Source: a virus (lineage: Duplodnaviria; Caudoviricetes). From it: a stretch of DNA of 64,000 nucleotides. The notes under the pieces were generated by a model. It worked only from the letters and a program-made list of their open reading frames with translations, was not told the origin of the DNA and did not search any database. A program made the translations under genes and the position numbers. Of this stretch, positions 48,398 through 57,758 are shown piece after piece. The stretch's first letter is position 1. Every line of letters starts with the position of its first letter. The stretch is from positions 64,001-128,000 of IMG/VR virus record IMGVR_UViG_3300034101_006325; one strand, written 5' to 3'.

Positions 48398-48799
48398 TCA
48401 ACCTGTGCTGTCGGTATAAGAGCCTGGTGGATCAGTGACTCTCCGCTGAGTTTCAGTCGCAGGCCCTTTGTAGGTCTCTAGCATACGTCTCAGAGTCTTC
48501 ACGATGGCATCGTAACCAACTACAGAAACTCCACCAGATGTTGTATAGGCGAGAATTGATCCAGCCAATGTCTCGCCAAATGCCTTTGGAACAGGCAGAC
48601 CATACTTGAAACCAACAATGCCAGTCAATGCGCCAACAATCAGCGCATGCAATGGCAAAGTTGCCCAGTAAATTCTTCGCCAGCCAACATGTGCATCAGT
48701 TTCTCTTCGTCTATTACCTAGGATCAAATTACGAACAACCTGCCCACACATACCTATGATGAATGGAACTACTCCAAGTATGATCAGCCAATCCTGCAT
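48398..48799 (-). CDS. Membrane protein, possible holin
   Basis: Three hydrophobic segments and a charged C-terminus; ATAATTA at 48806-48812. Confidence 0.5.
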   Translation of the reverse strand: MQDWLIILGVVPFIIGMCGQVVRNLILGNRRRETDAHVGWRRIYWATLPLHALIVGALTGIVGFKYGLPVPKAFGETLAGSILAYTTSGGVSVVGYDAIVKTLRRMLETYKGPATETQRRVTDPPGSYTDSTG

Positions 48800-48846
48800 A
48801 CTTTGTAATTATCAACTGCAAATCTAAAGCTTTAGATAATTCGATC

Positions 48847-49065
48847 CTACTTCTTCTTTTTCATCGTCTTCTTAGCATCAGCTGTTCCGTGCTTCACGGC
48901 GTCTGCTCTAGGCTCTCCAGAGGCAATTCTTCTGGCAATCATCACGTCTGCAAAATCATTCTTACCGTCTTTATTGAGGTCATCCTTGCCTTCAGCCTCT
49001 GACATCTCAACCTCAGTGACTACCTCTCTAATAATTCTTCTTAATTCGCTTATGCTGATCTTCAT
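48847..49065 (-). CDS. Small putative head protein with an EF-hand/dockerin-like loop
   Basis: MKISISELRRIIREVV N-terminus; DLNKDGKNDFAD loop; ATAATTA at 49072-49078. Confidence 0.7.
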   Translation of the reverse strand: MKISISELRRIIREVVTEVEMSEAEGKDDLNKDGKNDFADVMIARRIASGEPRADAVKHGTADAKKTMKKKK

Positions 49066-49088
49066 GTGATTTAATTATTAATTAAATT

Positions 49089-50522
49089 TTATTCTTTTAG
49101 ACTAATAAGCATAATTGACGAACCACAGCCATAGATGCGTGAAACTCCGGCAGAAAATGCCACTTGTTTTTCAGACTTTCCGTCAGAAGCCCTAAATTTA
49201 AATCTGTCATACCTTAATTCATTATCAGTGTACCAGTAATCAGGGCCGGTCGATCCAACTAGTTCAAAACCAGCAGATAGATAACCCTTTCCTGTGCCAA
49301 TTCTCCTGTCGACGTAGGTCATAATACTAACAAAACCATTAATCTTGGCCCATGTCTTTGCTGTCTTTAAAAGCTTTGAAAGTGCACCAGGAACTGAAAT
49401 TCCAGGTAGGTTACTGAAACGAGCAATCTCGATAGAATTTTCATACTTTGTTGCGTGACGAGGAACCCTGAGCGACAATGCTGAAACGACGTCTCCTCTT
49501 CTATCTTTCAAACCCCAGCATATTTTAGCAGGTGTATAACCTGATACATGGGATATATTAAAGAAACTTCGCTGTTCATCTGATCCCAGCTCAACGACAC
49601 GTGTGGACCAAGTTTTACATTTCTTTGAATGAAGTCCAAGACGGTGCTGAATCATAGATTCGACAATTGGTCTTTTGTCTCTCCACTCATCCTCAAAAAT
49701 TTGGAATAAATCTATATTTTTTTCCTCAGCAAGTCTGGCTTTCAGCTGATGAGAACTTTTGTCAAATTCATCTTCTGGTTTTCCTGCCTCACTATGCCAA
49801 TACAAACCATGACATTCTATTCCAAATTTTTTGGTAGGCACATACACGTCAATTTCTTTTGGTGACAAGGCAGATCGATCTCCGCTTATTGCATCCTTCG
49901 ATATTGACTTTACATAGTTGTACACATCTAATTCCCAATTAGATTTTCCGACAGGATAACACTTGTAGCATCTACTTCCTCGCTCGAATGCTTGCAATGT
50001 TTTTGGTTGACTTTCACCGCATTTGACGCATTCAAATAACAAATACTGCTGTTGACGTGATCTATACTCGTCAAGAGGCGTCAATAATTTAAATTCTCCT
50101 GACCTCTGAATAATTCTTTCTTCAATCGAAGTAGTTGCCAAGGTTTTGCTTGTTGATATTTTCTGTAATGTCTCCTGGGTATGCCTACGGCCGTAAAAAT
50201 GATTCCCACTGCCCGACATTTTGAATGCCTGCAAAGCTATTCTTTCATCGGTAGTTTTGTCCTTTCCTTTGTTCCAAGCTTCTGCATGACCACCTATGGC
50301 ACCCCCTTCTTTCATTGCCAATCTTGAATGGTCCTTGCAATACTTCTTGAAGGTGAATGAAACATATCTAACTTGATTGCCGCATTCAGCGCAAGTTGGT
50401 TTAATGTCATCATGTAAGACTTTAATTGTGTATTCTTCAGAACTTAAACCGTGAGAAGTCTTGACATGGTCAGAGAATCTCTTTAAATCATCGTTATGAT
50501 AACTACACAGCTTACAATCCAT
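49089..50522 (-). CDS. Hef-like homing endonuclease (Zn-finger/NUMOD3 + PD-(D/E)xK + C-terminal domain)
   Basis: EIDVYVPTKKFGIECHGLYWHS nuclease motif; IEIARF...GALSKLL...IMTYVDRR..TGKGY C-terminal domain; located directly downstream of the capsid gene. Confidence 0.78.
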   Translation of the reverse strand: MDCKLCSYHNDDLKRFSDHVKTSHGLSSEEYTIKVLHDDIKPTCAECGNQVRYVSFTFKKYCKDHSRLAMKEGGAIGGHAEAWNKGKDKTTDERIALQAFKMSGSGNHFYGRRHTQETLQKISTSKTLATTSIEERIIQRSGEFKLLTPLDEYRSRQQQYLLFECVKCGESQPKTLQAFERGSRCYKCYPVGKSNWELDVYNYVKSISKDAISGDRSALSPKEIDVYVPTKKFGIECHGLYWHSEAGKPEDEFDKSSHQLKARLAEEKNIDLFQIFEDEWRDKRPIVESMIQHRLGLHSKKCKTWSTRVVELGSDEQRSFFNISHVSGYTPAKICWGLKDRRGDVVSALSLRVPRHATKYENSIEIARFSNLPGISVPGALSKLLKTAKTWAKINGFVSIMTYVDRRIGTGKGYLSAGFELVGSTGPDYWYTDNELRYDRFKFRASDGKSEKQVAFSAGVSRIYGCGSSIMLISLKE

Positions 50523-50543
50523 ACTTATTACTGCCTTGCATGG

Positions 50544-50572
50544 ATTATAATTAAAGACATGACAAATGTAAA
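50544..50572 (-). promoter_or_regulatory. Sigma70-type promoter for the Hef-like endonuclease
   Basis: TTTACA (50572-50567), 17-nt spacer, TATAAT (50549-50544). Confidence 0.7.
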
Positions 50573-50605
50573 AAAGTCAAAAGCCGCCTCACGGCGGCTT
50601 TTGAC
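50570..50605 (-). terminator. Rho-independent terminator after the major capsid gene
   Basis: Perfect 13-bp stem GTCAAAAGCCGCC with 4-nt loop, followed by a U6 tract. Confidence 0.9.
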
Positions 50606-50634
50606 GAACGATCTGTTCAGTTAATATTCAACTA

Positions 50635-52527
50635 TCAGATGATGTTCATGTCAAGCACAGTCACAGTTCCGTAGAAGTCGCTACGAACTGTCTTCTTACC
50701 GTAGCGAGTCATCACGCCCTTACGTGGTGTGAAATCTTCAGGTGCGAAGATTGTTGGTGTCACGATGAGTGGAACGTATGGTGCGTACACGTAGCCTGTC
50801 TCGAGGTAGCTGCCGCCCTTGTAGCCAACGAGGATCTTGTTACGAACGAAGTAGGGATCCTTGTAGACCGTGAAGCGGTTGCTGATTGTGCCGATTGCCT
50901 CTGCACCGATTGTGAATGGTGAAGCAACCTGACCCTCGCCGTCGATCGAGAACTTGGGCTTGTAGAGGACCGAGCTCTCGAGGATTGTTGCAACGTCTGG
51001 GCCTGTGACGAGGAAGTTCGCCGAGCCGCGGAGTGTCTTGCGGTGGATTGTGTTGGCGACGTCGATGATTGTCTCGACGAGTGTCTCGTACCACTCACGG
51101 ACTGTACCTGTGAAGGCTGGGCCGATTGAGAGGGCCGAGGCGAGCGAGACCGATTGACCTGTTGTCTTGTTCACGAATTTGCCGGGAGCGCGTGACCAGT
51201 AGTAGTTGGCGCCGTTGGCCTGTGTGACGAGGTCGTTGAGGATCTCGCGATCGATCTCGAGGGCGATCTGCTCCGAGAGGATCGAGGTGAGCTCAACCTC
51301 TGCGTCCATCGAGTGATAGGCGTTGAGGTCCTGTGCGAGCTCTGGTGACCAGCGAGCACGGAGCTTGCGGGTCTCGGCTGTGATTGCAATCGACTCGATC
51401 TTGATGTCGATCTCGGGGATTGCAGGAGCAGGTGTTGAACCAAAGTCCGACTCGAACGATGGAACTGTGACTGTTGCTCCGCTGTTCTGATCAACAGTGA
51501 GACCTGTTGAGATGGCGAACGAGAGCTTTGCGGTCGCTGTTGTTGGAAGGTTTGTGGCTCCATTTGCGCCCTTGAGGAGGAACTGGAGGTAGTTGCCGTT
51601 GAGTGCGTCTGGGACGAACTTGAGGCTTGCACCTGTTCCTGTGAGTGTTCCGCGCTTGTTTGCGCGGCGGAGGTTGAGCACACCTGTTCCACCTTGGTAA
51701 CTGTCTCCCCATGCTGTTGCATTTGTCACCGCGCCGTTGAAGAGCGAGAACTGCTGAACTGCAGTGAGGTCAGCTGCTGGCTCTGCTGCAACAACAACTG
51801 ATGTTGGCACGTAGAGGAAGAGAACGTCGAGGTCGTTGTTTGTGAGGGCTGTCTCGACCTGAGCATCGAAGTCCACCAAGCGAGCGTTTGATCCACTGAA
51901 TGATGTTCCGAGTCCAAGCACCGTGCCATCCGACCATGTTGTTCCATCTGCACCGAGGTATGAACCCGAGTAGACTGTTCCTACTGTGAGGTCGAGTGGC
52001 GAAACCGAACCTGTGACGCGTGAGTAACCTGTGCCAACGAGATCGTACATACCGCCTGTTGCGAGCGATCCGCTCTGCACGCCTTTGCCGCGTGGATTGT
52101 TATAGATCGAATCACCGCGTGTGTATGTCGAGTTGGTGTCGCCTGCAACCTGACCAACATTGCTGCCGTATGTATAGTCGAGGTAGAAGATGAGTCCTGA
52201 GGGGAGGCTCATTGGCTGGATCGAAACGAGCTCGTTGGCAACGAGGCCACCGAACACGCGGCGAACGATTGGGAAGGCGATGTTGCTGAAGCCTTGAATC
52301 TGTCCGCTGCCAACGATGTTGCCGCCGCCGGTCGAGAGAGCATTGCTCTCCTTAAGGACCTGTGCTGCCTGGTTCTCGAGGAGCTGTGCCATTGTCTCGC
52401 GGCGTGAGCCGTCGAGGCCACGGAGGAGGCCTGTGCGGCTCCACTTCTCTGTCAAACGGGCGCGCTCAGCACCGACGTGCTTCTCGCGGATGCCCTGTGC
52501 TAACTGATCTAATGTAAAGTTCTTCAT
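50635..52527 (-). CDS. Major capsid protein (T4 gp23-like)
   Basis: KWSRTGLLRGL, LLENQA, FPIVRRVF, VSIQPMSLPSGLIFYL, TRKLRARWSPELAQDLNAYHSMDAEVEL, YAPYVPL, FTPRKGVMTRYG. Confidence 0.97.
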   Translation of the reverse strand: MKNFTLDQLAQGIREKHVGAERARLTEKWSRTGLLRGLDGSRRETMAQLLENQAAQVLKESNALSTGGGNIVGSGQIQGFSNIAFPIVRRVFGGLVANELVSIQPMSLPSGLIFYLDYTYGSNVGQVAGDTNSTYTRGDSIYNNPRGKGVQSGSLATGGMYDLVGTGYSRVTGSVSPLDLTVGTVYSGSYLGADGTTWSDGTVLGLGTSFSGSNARLVDFDAQVETALTNNDLDVLFLYVPTSVVVAAEPAADLTAVQQFSLFNGAVTNATAWGDSYQGGTGVLNLRRANKRGTLTGTGASLKFVPDALNGNYLQFLLKGANGATNLPTTATAKLSFAISTGLTVDQNSGATVTVPSFESDFGSTPAPAIPEIDIKIESIAITAETRKLRARWSPELAQDLNAYHSMDAEVELTSILSEQIALEIDREILNDLVTQANGANYYWSRAPGKFVNKTTGQSVSLASALSIGPAFTGTVREWYETLVETIIDVANTIHRKTLRGSANFLVTGPDVATILESSVLYKPKFSIDGEGQVASPFTIGAEAIGTISNRFTVYKDPYFVRNKILVGYKGGSYLETGYVYAPYVPLIVTPTIFAPEDFTPRKGVMTRYGKKTVRSDFYGTVTVLDMNII

Positions 52528-52583
52528 TTTAAAAAAATCTCCTAAAGTTGGGTTATAAAAAATTAATACGAATTATCAAACAA

Positions 52584-54491
52584 TCACTTGAGTCCAGCAA
52601 GCTTGGCCCAGCGATCAGCCTCGAAGCCCTCGTTGAGGACTGTTGAAGCAGCGCGGGTTGGGGCTGATGATGATCCAACCACTCGATTCTTTGATCCTTC
52701 TGAGAGAGAAGCGCGTGAGGATCCGGCGAGCGTCTTGACGAGGCTCTCATAAACGAGCTTAACTTCTCTTTCGGTCTTTGCTTCATCGAGGCGTTCGATC
52801 ACATCTGCCTTCTGGCGCTTTGTGAGCGACTCGTTCTGGAGTAGCTTGTTGGTGTACAGCAATTTCATGTTGAACAGATTCGTTTCCGCCAACTTCTTGC
52901 GGAGATTATCGGAGTCTCCAGCTTCCCGCTTCTGGTTGCCATTAAGGCTTTCACCACTGCGCTTGTTTGTTTCAGCAAGCATTGTCTGAAGCTTAGCAAT
53001 GCGTCGGACCGACTCATTGTATTGAGAAGCGAAGTGATTATATGCCTCATGCATTTTATCCTTCTTCTTCTTTGCTTCAGCTTTTTCTTTCACGGATTTA
53101 GCAGCCTTTTCATCCTTGGCAGCCTTCTCCTTAAGCTTCTTGGCCTTCATTGCCTTGTCCTTAGCAGCCTTCTTCTTCTTGGCTTCTGCTACGAGTTTTG
53201 CCTCGAGCGTCTCCTTGACAGGCTGGCGGGCTTGACCATTTGACTGGTCTAGATCTCTTCCATGGTTTCCGCCGTATTCTGCAACGTCATCGGCTTCTTC
53301 CATGTCGCCTGCATGATCGGCTTCTTCCATGTCGCCTGCATAATCAGATTCTGACATATCGTCGCCTTCACCCATGTCTTCACCTTCTGTAGTGAGGTCG
53401 ACCTCGAGCGCATCCATCTCTTCTTCTGAAAAATCATCAGAAACCTCGCCAGCTCCGTGGCCCCACGACTGCACGTCATCTGCAGCCTCGCGAAGCATCT
53501 TCATGCGGCTAATTTCTCTCTTGAGCATTTTCTCGTCAATTTCAACAATGACGTCGTCGCTGAGTCTAAGTGACTCTTTGACACCAGGGACTGAAGGCAT
53601 TGACATTTCTTCAACTTCCTCTTCACCTTCTTCGTCATCGCCTTCATCTTCCTCTTCGCCTGCAGGAGCTTCTTCTTCTCCTTCTTCAGCGTCAAGGTCG
53701 AGATCGCCTTCGCCCTCGTCACCTTCAGCAGATTCTTCTCCTTCATCAGGAACTATTTCGAGATCTGCTTTTGCGAGTGCATCAGTAATTGCGTCGACGG
53801 CTTCTTCGGGAAGATCGTCGCCAAGATCGAGTTTAAATGTTAATCCGGTTTCTGTCAATCTGTTTTTCATATTTTGCTCCGTGAGCTGGTTGAGGTCCTT
53901 GTATAATTTTTCTAACTTATTTTCGTACAGTCCTTTGGAGTCTTCATCAACGACAGTCTCCTGAAGGGTCTGATAGAGGTTCTCGACCTCCGAGACCATC
54001 TCGGAGACGATTTTATTGTAGGATGGAGTCTGTCTGAGGGATTTTGATGCCTCAAGCAGTTCTCCTAATTTAGTCTCAATAGCTGAGACATTTAAAGAAA
54101 TTCTAGAAATTGCCGATTCCTTAATCTTATCGACGAGGGGTTTGAGCAATTTCTTAGACTCCATGCTAACAACAAATTCATTGTCACCCGTTGGTTGAAC
54201 GCATGGTTCCATGTCACTAGGTTGCTGATCATAGACTGATTGTATTTCGCTTCCTGCGTCCAAAGATTCTGTGGGATCATATCCAAATAAAAGTTTTTCA
54301 TCTTTACCTTCAGCATCACCCACAGATTCTTCGGTGTCTCCTTCTTCAACCTCACGAAGAAGCTCAGCCTCAATTAAATCTTTAATGCGAGGTGCAACGG
54401 CTTCGATTAATGCTTTTTTTGCATTATCTTCCGCAATCTCTTTGATCTTCTTTACGTCGGCTAAAGCTTCTTCGTATAGTTGCTTAGTCAT
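52584..54491 (-). CDS. Prohead core / scaffold protein
   Basis: Acidic coiled-coil; LYEEALADVKKIKEIAEDNAKKALIE start and ETNLFNMKLLYTNKL...RWAKLAGLK end; immediately upstream of the capsid gene. Confidence 0.8.
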   Translation of the reverse strand: MTKQLYEEALADVKKIKEIAEDNAKKALIEAVAPRIKDLIEAELLREVEEGDTEESVGDAEGKDEKLLFGYDPTESLDAGSEIQSVYDQQPSDMEPCVQPTGDNEFVVSMESKKLLKPLVDKIKESAISRISLNVSAIETKLGELLEASKSLRQTPSYNKIVSEMVSEVENLYQTLQETVVDEDSKGLYENKLEKLYKDLNQLTEQNMKNRLTETGLTFKLDLGDDLPEEAVDAITDALAKADLEIVPDEGEESAEGDEGEGDLDLDAEEGEEEAPAGEEEDEGDDEEGEEEVEEMSMPSVPGVKESLRLSDDVIVEIDEKMLKREISRMKMLREAADDVQSWGHGAGEVSDDFSEEEMDALEVDLTTEGEDMGEGDDMSESDYAGDMEEADHAGDMEEADDVAEYGGNHGRDLDQSNGQARQPVKETLEAKLVAEAKKKKAAKDKAMKAKKLKEKAAKDEKAAKSVKEKAEAKKKKDKMHEAYNHFASQYNESVRRIAKLQTMLAETNKRSGESLNGNQKREAGDSDNLRKKLAETNLFNMKLLYTNKLLQNESLTKRQKADVIERLDEAKTEREVKLVYESLVKTLAGSSRASLSEGSKNRVVGSSSAPTRAASTVLNEGFEADRWAKLAGLK

Positions 54492-54515
54492 TTTTACAAA
54501 ACCTCTTTTATCTTT

Positions 54516-54522
54516 TAACTAT
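54516..54522 (-). promoter_or_regulatory. ATAGTTA putative late-promoter motif upstream of the scaffold gene
   Basis: Recurrent motif followed by an AGAGG SD. Confidence 0.55.
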
Positions 54523-54536
54523 TGGCCAAATTCAAA

Positions 54537-55025
54537 CTATACTGCAGAACTTTTGCCAGGTGTAAGATTTTCTCCAAACGACATTGTACCAAGTCTTGGT
54601 GATGTTGTGTCTGGGGATGTCGTATTTACAGATGGATTTGCAGGATCGAAGTTTGGTTTGATGTCTGTTGTTTCGATCTTTGGGTCGGCATCCTTGTCTG
54701 TTCCATCAGTCTTGCCAGGTCCAGGCGAAGAAATATCAGGAACATATGGATTTGCAGGATCACCTGCTTGACTCCACTTAACTTTTGTTGTATCAGGAGC
54801 TTCTCCGTAACCAAATTTAACGCCAGATGGAAACATATCAGCGTCTCCAATACCAGCATTAAAAAGTCCCAATGCTTTTTGTGAAGTTTTCACGGCAGCA
54901 TCGGCGTTATTATCGCTCTCGTAAATGTTGGTCGCACCAAATTTAAAAAGTCTGTACAAAAGATCATATTTTTTGCTTTTACTCGGCATATACTTTGTGT
55001 ATCTGCCACTTCCTGGTGTTCCCAT
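54537..55025 (-). CDS. Hypothetical head-module protein (Pro/Gly/Asp-rich)
   Basis: 162-aa ORF in the head operon. Confidence 0.7.
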   Translation of the reverse strand: MGTPGSGRYTKYMPSKSKKYDLLYRLFKFGATNIYESDNNADAAVKTSQKALGLFNAGIGDADMFPSGVKFGYGEAPDTTKVKWSQAGDPANPYVPDISSPGPGKTDGTDKDADPKIETTDIKPNFDPANPSVNTTSPDTTSPRLGTMSFGENLTPGKSSAV

Positions 55026-55068
55026 AAAAACTCACTTTCACGGCATTGTCTGCCACAGATAATATCTA

Positions 55069-55314
55069 TCAAAGACTACGAGCAACTCTCTTGCGAGTTT
55101 CAACAACTTTTTCAAGTCTACGACGAAGTCTGCCTTCTTCGATCTTGAGAGCCTTCATATAATCCAACTTCTTCTCAAGCGACTTATCTGAACCAAATTC
55201 ATCGGCATCAACTTCTTCTGCGTCTTTTGCACGATCCTCAGTCGATTCCATGTCTCCGAACTTAGCAACTTCTTCCATTATTATCTGCTTGAGCAATTGA
55301 CTTGTTAATTTCAT
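55069..55314 (-). CDS. Small putative head protein
   Basis: MKLTSQLLKQIIMEEV start at 55314; GGAG SD; ATAATTA at 55342-55348. Confidence 0.7.
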   Translation of the reverse strand: MKLTSQLLKQIIMEEVAKFGDMESTEDRAKDAEEVDADEFGSDKSLEKKLDYMKALKIEEGRLRRRLEKVVETRKRVARSL

Positions 55315-55397
55315 TGTTAAAAATCTCCGTAACAACTTTTGTAATTATCAGCCACACCGAAAAAAAAATAAAAAATTTATATTTGATAACTCAGAAA

Positions 55398-55862
55398 CTA
55401 CTTTTTTATAGGATCCATGAAAGCCAAAGCAGCCCATTTTGAAGCAGCCTCTTCGCCAAAAAGTTGATCTGGGGTGGCCGCAGCAACAAGTCTTTCGACA
55501 GTTCCTGTGGGAGGCAATGGCGATGTTTTAGAACGATCACTTTCTAACATTGTTTGAAGTGTATTAGACGCAGTATCAGCAAGTATATCGGCCATTACGC
55601 TGTTTCCACCTGCTTCTCTTTTTATTGCTTCTTTTATAGCATCTTGCGACAAGTTGCTGGGTGCCAATTTTGTTCTTGACGCTGACTGCTGCAAAACTGT
55701 TGAAATTGAAGGCTGCATTGCTTTGGTCGAGGACGACCTTTGTGTTTTTTTCAAAGTTTCATTAAGAGCTGCTGCATTTTGACCAATTCCTTCGGCAAGA
55801 ATTTCAACCAGACATTCTTTTACAATTAACTTTAATTGATTTTTTGTAATTCCCATTGTCAA
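55398..55862 (-). CDS. Hypothetical head-module protein
   Basis: MGITKNQLKLIVKECLVEILAE start; 4-nt overlap with the upstream gene. Confidence 0.75.
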   Translation of the reverse strand: MTMGITKNQLKLIVKECLVEILAEGIGQNAAALNETLKKTQRSSSTKAMQPSISTVLQQSASRTKLAPSNLSQDAIKEAIKREAGGNSVMADILADTASNTLQTMLESDRSKTSPLPPTGTVERLVAAATPDQLFGEEAASKWAALAFMDPIKK

Positions 55863-56266
55863 CCTACGCCTTCCCAGAATGTTGCTCCACCAATAGAGCC
55901 AGTCAATGTTGGCATTTGATCTGAATCTATTCCAATGAGCTCTGCATAAATGCTGAACGGTGGATTGTCAGCAGCATCGTCAGCCCTAACAAATACTTCT
56001 TTTACTCGGGCATCAAATTCAAATGTCTGTCCTGCATCAACGAGAAAATAATTAGAATTTTCTACGCCATTTTTTGTAAATCCTACTCGGATATGCTTGC
56101 CAGCAGACGTATCGTGATTCCAGACACTAAGTCTCTTGGTAATTTTTTGAAATGAGTAGTTATAAGTTGTGCCTCCTAAAGCAACAGAAGACGTAACCCA
56201 TGGAAGTCCAGATCCCATGAATTCTGTAACAGAATTATATCCTATTCTTGGATCTCTTAGTCCCAT
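55859..56266 (-). CDS. Putative virion beta-sandwich protein
   Basis: SGLPWVTSS and IRVGFTKNGV..NYFLV segments; located next to the protease. Confidence 0.7.
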   Translation of the reverse strand: MGLRDPRIGYNSVTEFMGSGLPWVTSSVALGGTTYNYSFQKITKRLSVWNHDTSAGKHIRVGFTKNGVENSNYFLVDAGQTFEFDARVKEVFVRADDAADNPPFSIYAELIGIDSDQMPTLTGSIGGATFWEGVG

Positions 56267-56272
56267 TGTTGC

Positions 56273-56887
56273 TCAGTCCTTTCCTTTAGAAGAAATAATA
56301 TCATTTAATATTCTGTCTATCCTGTCAGACTTATTAAAAACTTTTCTAAGCTCATCTGAGCCTATTTTCTTGCCTTCAGGAAGCATAAAAGCTCCAGGGG
56401 TCGATGGTTCAGAAACATAGTCCCAACAAATTAGCTGAAAGTCGTCTTGGACTACAAAATAATCTCCTTGTTTTTTTGTCGAACCCACACCTCTCGATGA
56501 AATTCCTAATTTGACGCCACTTTCAACAAGAGACTGTAGAATTTTACCAGAAGGTGTATCAAGAAGTTCAACGGTGCCATACACGACGCCACTATCTAAA
56601 TAAGCTTCTTTGACAATATGAGAGACATTTTTAAGATTGACGACAGAGGAGTCGGGATGATCAAGTTCTCCCAAAGCTCTATTTTCAACAATAAATTTTT
56701 GATAATTTCTTACTTCTCTTTGAAGAACATCAAGTGGGTAAATTCTTCCATTCTGATTTAAAGTATCTGCTTTTTGCAGTATACCTTTCATTATAACTTT
56801 ACCGTTATTTTTCTCTCTAGACTCCTTAATCATTTCAGGAGTATAGTCAAAAACTTCATATGAATTTAAAAGTCTTAAATCTTTCAT
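56273..56887 (-). CDS. Prohead core protease (T4 gp21-like)
   Basis: GILQKADTLNQNGRIYP, RALGELDHP, LGISSRGVGS, WDYVSEPSTPGAF. Confidence 0.95.
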   Translation of the reverse strand: MKDLRLLNSYEVFDYTPEMIKESREKNNGKVIMKGILQKADTLNQNGRIYPLDVLQREVRNYQKFIVENRALGELDHPDSSVVNLKNVSHIVKEAYLDSGVVYGTVELLDTPSGKILQSLVESGVKLGISSRGVGSTKKQGDYFVVQDDFQLICWDYVSEPSTPGAFMLPEGKKIGSDELRKVFNKSDRIDRILNDIISSKGKD

Positions 56888-57753
56888 TGTTTGTCTCCTT
56901 CATCTCCTGAAAGTTCTTGTTTCAATGATGAGTAAAGCATGAACCTTGACACAGAAGAATCATCAATGACATCAAGAGACTCAGAAAGCATCTGTGATTT
57001 TGCCATATTTAACTTCTGAATAACGTAAGTATTTTCTGGATTTGATGAAATGTAAGAATCCATTGAATTTAACAAGTCTATTCTAATCTCTTCCAGTTTC
57101 TTCTTTATTGTTGTTTGATCGTCATTTGCTGTAGAAAATGCATATGAACGAATTATTTCTTTTTGATCGGAATTCAATGAATTTGAATATTTTTCATTGA
57201 GCTTTTTCATCATGACTTTCATCAACAATCTAGACGTTCCTGGGGAATCATCGTTTACCGAAAGATCTACCGACTTTTTCTCTGACAACAGCCAAATTCT
57301 AAGTTGATCTTCATATTTTCCTAGTGCTGCAATGTCGGCACTGCCCGGTGTTTTTCTCCACTCATTCAACAGAGTTTGTATTGAAGCATACATTTTATAT
57401 TCAGCAATCGGCTGATCATAAAAATTATCGTCCTTAATCATGTGATTTATGCTTCTTATCAACAAAGATTTTTCTCTGTCTAGCTCTGTTAAGTTGGCAG
57501 AAGAAGCAGCAGCTCTAGCCTCATTAATTATTGTTGATGAAACAGAGTCGGAAGAAACTGTCGTTTTCAACAATGCATTAAAAAGTCTAAATTCCTTATA
57601 AAGTTGCGTGCCAGGCTTATAATATTTTTTCAGTATCCTAAGCGCTGTAGATGACTTTTTCTTGTCGCCCTCCACCAGGGCAGCCGAAATTGTCCTTACT
57701 AAGAACTCGTATAGCAGCGCAGTATTACGCTTCTTATTGTGGGATTTTGACAT
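56884..57753 (-). CDS. Conserved hypothetical protein between portal and protease
   Basis: 289 aa, HNKKRNTALLYEFL start; overlaps the protease start by 4 nt. Confidence 0.8.
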   Translation of the reverse strand: MSKSHNKKRNTALLYEFLVRTISAALVEGDKKKSSTALRILKKYYKPGTQLYKEFRLFNALLKTTVSSDSVSSTIINEARAAASSANLTELDREKSLLIRSINHMIKDDNFYDQPIAEYKMYASIQTLLNEWRKTPGSADIAALGKYEDQLRIWLLSEKKSVDLSVNDDSPGTSRLLMKVMMKKLNEKYSNSLNSDQKEIIRSYAFSTANDDQTTIKKKLEEIRIDLLNSMDSYISSNPENTYVIQKLNMAKSQMLSESLDVIDDSSVSRFMLYSSLKQELSGDEGDKQ

Positions 57754-57758
57754 CTTTT

